Under the pieces are notes generated by a model. That model had not been told where the DNA came from. It worked only from the letters and a program-made list of their open reading frames with translations, and searched no databases. From Octopus vulgaris (Eukaryota), in the NCBI GenBank assembly GCA_951406725.2, contig OX597834.1, positions 44,206,001-44,270,000 on the forward strand: a stretch of DNA of 64,000 nucleotides, in the 5' to 3' direction. Position 1 is the first letter of the stretch, and each line of letters starts with the position of its first letter. This document shows positions 28,976-39,319 of this stretch, in pieces. A program made the translations under genes and the position numbers.

Positions 28976-31209
28976 ATCCTAAAATAATTAATTTATCAAA
29001 AAGAGATCTTGACAATGATGAAATCCAACTTCTGTCAAAAGGACTGAAATTCACACCTACACCAACAGCCAACCACCAAGAATTAAAGGAGGATATCCAA
29101 AAATTCTGTCGAAAATTACGACTTGTAGAATTCTTCGCTAACAAAAGTAATGAGATTGATGAATCCCTAGTAAGGAATAAATCAAATTTCACCCCACCAA
29201 AAGGAAGAAATAACTACCTTGACCAATACATTGATATCCTGTCTAAATTTCCCCTTAGACGCAATACCAATGTTAGGCCAAACATTAGCAAATCAGAGAT
29301 GTCTGCATGTAAACGTATACAAAACGATCAAACAATAATAATTAAACAAGCAGATAAAGGTGGTGCAATTGTTATTATGGATACCGAATACTATAAGGAT
29401 TTGGTTGAAGACCAACTGAAGGATACAACCTTCTATTGTGAAATACCCGCAAATATAGACCACCACATCATGAAAAAGATCAACAACCTGATTTCAACAC
29501 ACCACAACTCACTTACGGATAATGAAAAAGACTACATCACCAATTTTGAACCAAAACCCAGCAACTTCTACGGCTTACCAAAAATACACAAATCAAAAAA
29601 CATTCAACAGGCAGTAAAAGAACAAGAAAGTGAGTACATAAAATTATTACATCCAAAAGACCTAAAACTTAGACCTATTATAGCTGGTCCAGCATGCCCT
29701 ACACACCGTCTAAGCAATTTTATTGACATTGTTTTGAAACCACTATGTACTTACATACCAAGTTTCATCAGGGATGACATCGACTTCCTGTCCCATCTTC
29801 CCAAAACAACAGAAACAAATTCAGTTTTGCTAAGTTTTGATGTGGTAAGCCTCTACACCAATATTCCACACGATTTAGGAATAAAGGCGATTAAATACTG
29901 GTTAGAAAAACATAGAGAAGTGATTCCCAGCAGATTCACAGTGCCATTTATATTAGACACAGTCAAACTTATTCTAGAAAATAACACATTCTTCTTCAAT
30001 GGAAAGAATTACATCCAAATTAGAGGCACGGCGATGGGAACGAGGTTTGCTCCCGTTTACGCCAACTCTGTAATGGGATACTTAGAAGAACAACTCTACC
30101 AAGAGGTGGAGGTAAACTATAGCACTGGATTTAGAAAGTATATTGAAAAGGCATGGAAGAGATACCTAGACGACTGTTTCATAATCTGGACAGAATCTCT
30201 AAATACTCTGGAAGAGTTCAATATCCTCCTGAACAACCTACACCCATCTCTCAAATTTACAAAGGAGATGAGTAGTACCAAATTACCATTCCTGGATATA
30301 ATGGTAATTAAAAAAGACACCACCATCACCACAGATATATACTATAAACACACAGACACACATCAATACCTAAATTTTAAGTCGTGCCATCCACCACATA
30401 CAAAACGTAACATCCCATACTGCCTAGCCAGAAGAATTTGTACTATTGTAGAAGATGCAAATATCAGGAACAAACGCCTAATAGAACTAAGAGAATTTTT
30501 GCTCAAACAAAAATACCCATCTCTACTTATAGAAAATGGCATACAGCGGGCTATAAAAATACCTATACAACAACTTAGGACAACCCAAGGAAGAGGAAAA
30601 CAAGAACAAGTCATACCATTCATAGTGACACACAACCCATGTCACCAGAATATCTTCAACATTGCCAAAGCAAACCTACCAATCATTGCCCAAAGTAATG
30701 AATTAAAAGACATAATCAAGGATCGAGCTATGGTGCTTAGTAAAAGACAGCCTAAAAACTTGAAAACATTACTAACAAAGGCAAAATTTGACCTCAGCAA
30801 CAAAGACCAAACATTCACGGTATCTAAATGCAATGATAGCCGATGTGGCACATGCCAATTCATACATACCGGTCAATATATAAACACAAAAACCGGGAAA
30901 ATATTCACAAACGCGAATATGAACTGCAAAAGCAGAAATTTAATTTACTGCATCAAATGCCCAAATTGTGAAGAAATATATGTAGGTCAGACGGGAAACG
31001 CACTATTAGAACGCTCACGTGTACACCGGCAACAGATTAGAGACCCAGAGGTCCGTCAGATACCTTTGAGTAACCACCTAGCAACATGTGGTCGGAAAAT
31101 ATATATAATATTTCCATTCTACAAATTACACAGCCCAAGTGAAATCGAGAGGAAAATCAGAGAAAAGAATTTTATTGATAAATTCGAACCCAAGCTAAAT
31201 AAGCAATAA
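28882..31209 (+). CDS. PLE polyprotein: reverse transcriptase + CX4CX2C knuckle + GIY-YIG endonuclease (first ATG at 29299; frame open from 28882)
   Basis: Manual translation upstream of the track ORF gives the PLE N-terminal motifs KIINLS..L...EIQLLSKGLKFTPTP and ADKGG. RT motifs: FYGLPKIHK, LRPII, SFDVVSLYTNIP, QIRGTAMG.FAP, RYLDD, LPFLD. Linker KCNDSRCGTC. Endonuclease: NLIYCIKCPNCEEIYVGQT..R...H..HL..E..FI..P.LN. Confidence 0.93.
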   Translation, partial: PEKNPFFYVRTTNTGERKNPRGNIPQTTERIDPKIINLSKRDLDNDEIQLLSKGLKFTPTPTANHQELKEDIQKFCRKLRLVEFFANKSNEIDESLVRNKSNFTPPKGRNNYLDQYIDILSKFPLRRNTNVRPNISKSEMSACKRIQNDQTIIIKQADKGGAIVIMDTEYYKDLVEDQLKDTTFYCEIPANIDHHIMKKINNLISTHHNSLTDNEKDYITNFEPKPSNFYGLPKIHKSKNIQQAVKEQESEYIKLLHPKDLKLRPIIAGPACPTHRLSNFIDIVLKPLCTYIPSFIRDDIDFLSHLPKTTETNSVLLSFDVVSLYTNIPHDLGIKAIKYWLEKHREVIPSRFTVPFILDTVKLILENNTFFFNGKNYIQIRGTAMGTRFAPVYANSVMGYLEEQLYQEVEVNYSTGFRKYIEKAWKRYLDDCFIIWTESLNTLEEFNILLNNLHPSLKFTKEMSSTKLPFLDIMVIKKDTTITTDIYYKHTDTHQYLNFKSCHPPHTKRNIPYCLARRICTIVEDANIRNKRLIELREFLLKQKYPSLLIENGIQRAIKIPIQQLRTTQGRGKQEQVIPFIVTHNPCHQNIFNIAKANLPIIAQSNELKDIIKDRAMVLSKRQPKNLKTLLTKAKFDLSNKDQTFTVSKCNDSRCGTCQFIHTGQYINTKTGKIFTNANMNCKSRNLIYCIKCPNCEEIYVGQTGNALLERSRVHRQQIRDPEVRQIPLSNHLATCGRKIYIIFPFYKLHSPSEIERKIREKNFIDKFEPKLNKQ

Positions 31210-31519
31210 TAATAATACTTAGAGGTATTACTTCCACTGCTACGACCATGACCACTAACAACAACAACAATACTAAAGGTGATCAAGACGAAGATAGCAG
31301 GAAAATTATCTTATTTAGGGTTAAAAGTTCTATTGCCACCACCATCACCACTAGCAACAATAATTAAGGTGCTGACAATGATGATGATGACAATTGAAAT
31401 ATAAAAATATAAAAATCTCTGACAAAGGATATTTACAACATTTCTAAAAATAACCCAACAATTGCTGCTTCGGCCAGGGTCAAGATACAGGACTCTTGAC
31501 CTGTCCAACAAAGCGTGAT

Positions 31520-31670
31520 GCCTAAACCAATCAGCTCAACCAACCAATCAGCTTAAGTAATTGAGTGATACTACACACTGATTGGTCAGAATACAGTTTG
31601 CAAAACCTAGCACTCTGGAGCCTACCCAGCTGTATTTATAGCACAGAATCACTCATCTTGCTACAGTCAA
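31520..31670 (+). promoter_or_regulatory. Putative Pol II promoter in the pseudo-LTR
   Basis: CCAATCAG at 31527 and 31544, inverted CCAAT (ATTGG) at 31581, TATTTATAG at 31633 and an Inr-like CAGTC about 31 nt downstream, just upstream of the hammerhead; mirrored at about 28220-28370 on the minus strand. Confidence 0.5.
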
Positions 31671-31703
31671 AAATTGTGAAGCATGACTGTCAACACTACT
31701 ACA

Positions 31704-31748
31704 TGAACCCGAAGATTGCAGAATTCAATGCATGAAAGTACTAGTTCA
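31704..31748 (+). ncRNA. Minimal type I hammerhead ribozyme motif in the right pseudo-LTR
   Basis: TGAAC [CCGAAGA] t TGCA gaattcaa TGCA t [GAA] AGTACT A GTTCA: stem I TGAAC/GTTCA, stem II TGCA/TGCA, palindromic stem III AGTACT, CUA cleavage triplet; U4->C variant core. Confidence 0.75.
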
Positions 31749-31910
31749 ATCAGAATGAATATTTAACATTCTACTATTTCATTTTATTTTATTCAATTAT
31801 AATATATTATCTTATAATATATCATTATAAGATTGTAAATAAAACGTGAAAATCAGACAAGGTTGGAATTCTTTTTATTAATATATTCTTCTATACACAA
31901 TCACACACAC

Positions 31911-31944
<34 letters not shown>

Positions 31945-31993
31945 ATATATATAAATATATATTTATAGCGATGTATAGATATAATTTATCTCC

Positions 31994-32128
31994 GTGGCTG
32001 TGTGCTAAGTAGCTTGCATACCAACCACATGGGCAAGTGCAAGCGTCTTCTACTGTAGCCTCGGGACGACCAAAGCCTTGTGAGTGGATTTGGTAGATGA
32101 AAACTGAAAGAAGCCCGTCGTATATATG

Positions 32129-32198
<70 letters not shown>

Positions 32199-32409
32199 TG
32201 TATGAATGTGTGTGTGTGTTGTCCTCCCCAACATTGCTTGACAACCGATGCTGGTGTGTTTACGTCCCTGTAACTTAGCAGTTCGGCAAAAGAGACCGAT
32301 AGAGTAAGTACTAGGCTTACAAAGAATAAGTCCTGGGGTCGATTTGCTCGACTAAAGGCGGTGCTCCAGCATGGCCGCAGTGAAATGACTGAAACAAGTA
32401 AAAGAGAGT
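31994..32409 (+). mobile_element. SINE family C
   Basis: Homology to the 23901 copy, with a small internal deletion in the head. Confidence 0.87.
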
Positions 32410-32413
32410 TTAC

Positions 32414-32479
<66 letters not shown>

Positions 32480-33131
32480 ATATATATATTATGTAGAGAT
32501 GCATTGCGCATATGTTTGTTCACAAGCATGCATATATGTATGTTTACGTGTATATACATATCTACATGCATAGATATATGTGTATGTGTATGCGTAGTTT
32601 GTGTGTGTGTCTGAGTGTGTGAACATTAGCGTGTGCATGCGTTTCCCGCGATGATCGACTGAAACACTCCGGTTGCGGGAAGATCCATCAAAACTCACCT
32701 TATCAATTATGACATTTGGGCTGACATCTCCTCCCCTCCACCCACCCCCATCAAGATGGCTCCACTGGCAAAGATGGAGTCACCTTCACCAAAAATTTGA
32801 CAGCATTTTTGTTCGTTCGTGATTTGGGGTTCCTTTTCTTCTTGATGTCGTATACGTTGCGTATTTTTTTGCAAATTCCCTTGTTTTGAAATATATACAA
32901 ACATACATAACATATATGTGACGTGAGTGTGTATGCATGTGTGTATATTTATGTATATATATATACATAGGTTTGTATAACATATGTATGGATGTGTACA
33001 TGCATACACACTCGCGCACACATATGTATATACATATATACATCCCTTTGTATGATATATTCTTACATATACATATGCATATGTAAATATATATGTATGC
33101 GTATATATATGTATGTCTTTCTCTCTCACTC

Positions 33132-33203
<72 letters not shown>

Positions 33204-33233
33204 TATATATGTATATACATATATATATGTATG

Positions 33234-33265
<32 letters not shown>

Positions 33266-33267
33266 CA

Positions 33268-33305
<38 letters not shown>

Positions 33306-33446
33306 TGAATGCTTATATGCTAGCTTTTTTATGTCTTTTAGTCTGGGTTCGGGCGACTGGAATCCCATTCGTGAATAAGAAAATTATACAAATTAGAATA
33401 TATGTGTACATATATATATACATATATATATATATAAATATATATA

Positions 33447-33509
<63 letters not shown>

Positions 33510-33800
33510 GTATATATATATAAATATGTGTGTGTGTGCATGTATGTAAGTATAGGTATTTTTTTTCATCCACCACCATCAAACTTCGCTCTGTTTTCCC
33601 GATCCCCATCTCCGACGAAAACCGCCATCACCCAACAATCAACTTCTTACAAGAGCTATTCCGATTCGGTTTGTCTTCATTTCTCTTGCCGTGGGGTCGG
33701 GGCAAGTTTTCCAAATTCTGTCGTGTTTCTCTTAAGTACTGTTGCATTTTATTATTATCATCATCAACATCATTATTATTATTATTGTTGTTGTTGTTAC

Positions 33801-33903
<103 letters not shown>

Positions 33904-33918
33904 GTTGTTGTTATTGTT

Positions 33919-33983
<65 letters not shown>

Positions 33984-34174
33984 CATCATTATTTCCCGTT
34001 ATGTGTTTTGCTTTCTAGTTTAAACTTCCCTTTTCTGTTGAAACTTGCATGGTGCTGGTGGAGGCTGAGGTCTCTTTCTTTTCTAGCGTGTTTGACATCA
34101 TTCTTATGTTATTTCCTTTTGCCTGTATTTATGTCTATTTCCGTAACGTGTGTGTTTGTGAGTATATGCATTTG

Positions 34175-34330
34175 TGTAAGGAGTGACTGTGTGGAAAGAA
34201 GCTCGCCTCCTAACCACATGGCTCCGGGTTCAGTCCCACCTTGGGCAGGTGTTTTTTACTATATCGTCGGGCCGACCAAAGCCTTGTGAGTGGATTTGGT
34301 AGATGTAAACTGAAAGAAGCCCGTCGCATA

Positions 34331-34375
<45 letters not shown>

Positions 34376-34385
34376 GTGTGTGTGT

Positions 34386-34442
<57 letters not shown>

Positions 34443-34618
34443 TGTGTCTGTGTTTGTCCCCCCAACATCGCTTGACAACCGATGCCGGTGTGTTTACGTC
34501 GCCGTACCTTAGCGGTTCGGCAATCGAGACCGGTAGAATAAGTACTAGGTTCACAAACAATATGTCCTGGGGTCGATTTGTTCAACCAATGGCGGTGCTC
34601 CAGTATGGCCACAGTCAA
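34175..34618 (+). mobile_element. SINE family C
   Basis: Homology to the 23901 and 31994 copies. Confidence 0.87.
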
Positions 34619-34821
34619 CCGACTTCCTTCCTTCCTTGTAACCTTCGTCCGAACAAGTATCCTTCTGATGGAAGTATCATGACTCAGTTCAGTAGAACAG
34701 AAATTTTAATTTAATTTATATACATACCAAATTAACAAATTTAAGTGCATTTTCAACAACAAATTTTCCTATATATTTTTCTACGTAGTGTGTGTGTGTG
34801 TTTTTGTGTGTGTATGTATGA

Positions 34822-35027
34822 TGTTGGATCGTTAGCCCCTACACGCAATTTTTTCTCTCCTTGTTTCTCTCCTTGTTTCTTTTCTGTGTATCTTTCTGTT
34901 GAAGAGCGTAGGCTCGAAACGTAAAAGACTTGTTTCATTTCTATTCCTGAGCGCCATACTAATACAATTGTTTGTTTGTACTCCACCTGTCTTCGTCTTT
35001 TGTTTATTTTCGTAAACCTTCCCGTTG
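34822..35027 (+). mobile_element. Short hammerhead-bearing repeat ('GAGC-GCTC' family, probable solo pseudo-LTR); HHR at 34891-34928
   Basis: TCTTT [CTGTTGA] A GAGC gtag GCTC [GAAA] CG TA AAAGA, with perfect stems I and II and an A6->U core variant; 3' end runs into (TA)n; related copies at 9667, 10621 and 43999. Confidence 0.7.
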
Positions 35028-35574
35028 TATATATATATACATATATAAATATATATATATGTGTGTGTGCGTGTATGTGCATATATGTGTGTGTATTATG
35101 TATGTATGTGTATCGCGAACATTAAAATCTCTCCTAACACGAACAGGTAATTCGCCTCTGAATTTAAATATAGCTTGCGTAACAAGATTTATAAATATGA
35201 CCTCTCCATCATCACCGCCTCATTATAAACACAACCGCATCACTCCACCACCACCAGCACCAACACCCCCATCACCCCCGCCAACACCGCCACAACCACC
35301 ATCCCACCACCACACACGGACCACACCATGTAACGGCACACACCGACAATAACTGCCATAAACCTTTAGTAATTTATTAGTACGTTGGTTGAAAGAAAAT
35401 CTATCTAATTTGTGTGGAAATTCCCACTGTTAATTGTATGGCGACGATGAAAAGATTGGGAAGAACAAAGCCAGGAATGACGGACATTTATTGAGGTTTT
35501 GTTCTCTCCACTATTTACGAACAAATGAGATCTTGTTTTAGTTTACACTGACTGCTTCTTATTGTCATTAATAT

Positions 35575-35633
<59 letters not shown>

Positions 35634-35651
35634 TTATTATTATTTCTATTG

Positions 35652-35905
35652 ATGGAGGCGCGTGGTTTAGTGGTTAGGGTGTCACACAATCATGATCGTA
35701 AGATTGTGGTTTCGATTCCTGGACCGGGCGACGCGTTATGTTGTTCTTGAGCAAAACACTTCATTTCACGTTGTTCCAGTCCACTCAGCTGGCAAAAATG
35801 AGTAACGCTGCGATGGACTGGCGTCCCGTCCAGCTTGGGAACACATACGCCATAGAAACCGGGAAACTGGGCCCATGAGTCTGGCTAGGCTTTAAAAAGG
35901 GTGCA
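35652..35905 (+). mobile_element. SINE with a family A 3' half and a family D-like core
   Basis: Head ggaggcgcgtggtttagtggttaggg; core cttgagcaaaacacttcatttcacgttg.tccagtccactcagct as in family D; tail gcgatggactggcgtcccgtccagc as in family A. Confidence 0.82.
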
Positions 35906-35986
35906 TTTGTTAATTTTTTATATCAGTTTTGAAGGGAGGACTTAGTTGATACGAAGGATATCAGTATTATTTGGTGACTCTCGATA

Positions 35987-36195
35987 GGTGGTGAGCCGGT
36001 AGATTCCTTGGCACACCGAACAAAATGTTCTGCAGCATTTCGTCCGTTTTTATGTTCTGAGTTCAAATACCACCGAGGTCGACTTTGCTATTAATCCGTT
36101 CAGAGTCGATAATAAACGTACCGGTTGAGCACTGGAGTCGGTGATATCGACTTTCCCCGTTTTCGAAATTGCTGGCCTTGTGCAAAAATCTGAAA
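35987..36195 (+). mobile_element. SINE family B, diverged
   Basis: ttctgagttcaaataccaccgaggtcgactttgc... homology. Confidence 0.75.
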
Positions 36196-36380
36196 GTATT
36201 TTTTTTTTATGAAAGTCGGAATAATAAAAGACAATGATTTGAGCTGAAACAGTAAAAACGGAGGATGAAACACCACATTCATTCATTCATTCATATATTT
36301 TTCATTTCATCTCATTAATGTAAACGTCCAGCCCGCAGCTATATCAGTGTAATGCCCTTGTGGCAAATTATATGAATAAA

Positions 36381-36750
36381 AGTAGCTTGCTTACCAACTA
36401 CATGGTTCTGGGTTCAGTTCCACTGCGTAGCACCTTGGGTAAGTGTGTTCTACTATAGTCTGGGACCGACCAAAGCCTTGTGAATGAATTCGGTAAACGG
36501 AAAGTGAAAGAAGTCCGTCGCATATATAAATATGTATATATATATATATGTATGTATATGTTTAAGTGTCTGTGTTTGTCCTCCCAACATCGCATGACAA
36601 CCGATGCTGGTGTGTTTACCTCCCCGTCACTTAGCGGTTCGGCAAGAGAGACCGATAGAATAAGTCCTGGGATCGATTTGCTCGACTAAAGGCGGTGCTC
36701 CAGCATGGCCGCAGTCAAATGACTGAATCAAATAAAAGAATAAAAGAATA
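36381..36750 (+). mobile_element. SINE family C, head-truncated
   Basis: Homology to other family C copies. Confidence 0.85.
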
Positions 36751-38068
36751 TAAATATATTTTAGTTATATGTTGCAGAATACACAATCTTCCATATTTCT
36801 AACACATTCTGACTTCTACAACTTTCTCCATTTTGCTTCTATATTGACAAAATACGATCATTCAGATAAACACGCACTCATCCATTTAACCATACTGAAG
36901 TCCTAGCCAATCTATACTAGTAGATATTTAATTACATATCTAATTAACATTGATGCAGACATTACGTCTTATGTTTCACATACAGTTCGTATTCATCAGT
37001 GAAGAAAAAAAACATTCTACAAACCTTTCCACTGTTTATAATAGATTAGGTTATCATAAATTTCATTGGAAGAGATGAGACGAGGTGTCATTTTTCTATA
37101 AATCGAGGGAACGAAATTATTTATTTTTTCGGTCAATTTCTTTCTGTCAATTTATAGAAAAATAACACCTCATTTCATCAGTCTGGGAAATTTCTTATTA
37201 CTCAAACTAGTCTCAATGTGTTGTGAGAATTTATCTCTGCAACACCGAGGAATTTGACAAGTGTATGAAACATGAAACCTAATATATGTAGCAATTTTAA
37301 TTAGTTGTTTCCTTTATTATCTATTTGTATAAATAGTCTTGTTTCCTAGTAAGGTTAAATCTAACTAAAACCCGACTACCAGTTGGCATAGATCTATGCA
37401 CAAGCACACTATATACATGGGTATGACTGTTAAGAAGGAACGGAGCACAAAAGCGATATCGGTATTTGCTACTTCTGTATGGTATTTCAAGGTTCGCTTC
37501 CTCTCGGCCCATTTCTGTCTGACAATGACCACACTGCTCGTAGAAATTCGTCCCAGTTCCTATCCAAATAGAGAAACAGATCAAAGCAGATCGCAAGCAA
37601 TTTAACCGGTTCTTCAATTGAATAACTCCAAGAAGCTGTTTGACGACATGGTTTTGCAAGCAGCATGCCCACTGCTTTCTCTTGTTTAATTTTTGCGTCT
37701 GTCACAGTCTCAAATTCCTTCAGAATGTTGATCACCGCAATTTCTGCAGAGAATACCTAGTAGAATTCATTTCAACGCATGATGTGTTCAAAGTAGAGCC
37801 TATAGAGTTAATGCATACCGGGAAGATGCGAGATGTTATTCTTGATAGACTTGAACGTGTGATATTAAACATGTTCTGATTGCCAGTCGCTCTGGCTACC
37901 GAACAGATATGATTGTACAATGTAGCAATCCGGCTTCTGGAAGCAGGACACAGACCAGCTGCCCTGACGACAGCCGGCAGGTAATGATGATTTGGCATAT
38001 CGAAAATTGTTTATTGATCCGAATTAACCGCGGGAGCCAGATATCATTAATATTTTTCATACATACAC

Positions 38069-38158
<90 letters not shown>

Positions 38159-38895
38159 ATGTCTGTCTCTATAGATAGATAGATGGATAAATAGATAGAT
38201 AAATAGATCTGTGTGTGTGTGTATGCGTTTGTGTATGTATACAGCCATCATGCACATATATGTATATTACACAATGAAACCCTCTGTTTATAATAGCGAT
38301 ATCTGTCGTGAATGCATTTTATATAAATGTATCATATATAGTCTTATATGCATTGTATTGTATATACCTTTTCGTCGTATCTCTGATTCGATAATCTATC
38401 TCTGTACATGGACTACATCCTGTAATACCATTTTTTGTCAGCCGTTGTTTTATAAATATGTTGTTCCTGTTGTCCAACAAATATGAACTCCGTCTGTATG
38501 AGCGAGGACGTAACAGCAATTTGTTCATGTGTTTTTATGCTATTTACACTTTCTTTTATTTCTTGTTTTCTTTCTGCATCCGAATTCGTGTGCCTCCACA
38601 CTGTACATCACCTGTCCTCTTAATAGCCTCATCATGCGAGCACCCCTGTGACAAATAAAATCGTCACCATCATCGCCGTCGTCGCCGTCAAACGTTGTCG
38701 CCGTCGTTATCGACCTCATCTTCCTCTTCATTATCATCATCATCATTCTTGTTACTATCACCCACAAGTATCACCACCATCATCACTAACATCAGCAGCA
38801 GCAGCAGCACCACCACCACCCCACCACCACTACCACCACCACTGACGCCATCCTTTACCTCCTCTTCCGCATCATCATCATCATCATCATCATCA

Positions 38896-38959
<64 letters not shown>

Positions 38960-39277
38960 CATCATCAGCATTATCGTTATTATTGTTAACATCATCATCA
39001 TCATTATTATTTCCGATTGTCAAGTGAGGGAAGAATTCTTCCTCCCTTTCTCTCTCTCTTTCTTTCTCTCTCTCCCTCTCTCTCTCTCTCACTCTCTTTT
39101 TGTAGCTCATAAGAACATTATTATTGGTATAACTCCAGGATTTGAATTAACGAAAGACATTTTATAGTGTGACGCTTGTAGCGGAGGGGCGCATTAGGCA
39201 GAAGAGTGAAGCCTCGGATGAAGAAGAAATTCTTCAAAGACCACTGGAGACTCTTATGACAGACGGATGGGGAAGAG

Positions 39278-39319
<42 letters not shown>

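Larger units (their letters stand above)
31325..31886 (+). repeat. Right pseudo-LTR of the PLE, 562 bp
   Basis: Follows the ORF stop; contains CCAAT boxes, a TATA-like box and a hammerhead motif; inverted copy at 28003-28564. Confidence 0.93.
28003..31912 (+). mobile_element. Penelope-like retroelement (Neptune-like), 5'-truncated with inverted 5' pseudo-LTR, inserted in (TA)n
   Basis: RT + GIY-YIG ORF flanked by a 562-bp inverted repeat (28003-28564 / 31325-31886) containing a hammerhead motif; about 26-bp extra tail (31887-31912) after the right repeat; both ends abut (TA)n. Confidence 0.93.

Noticed and set aside
36960-37003. Minus-strand CTGATGA...GAAA
   Set aside because: Stem II is offset from GAAA and no stem I can form; likely chance.
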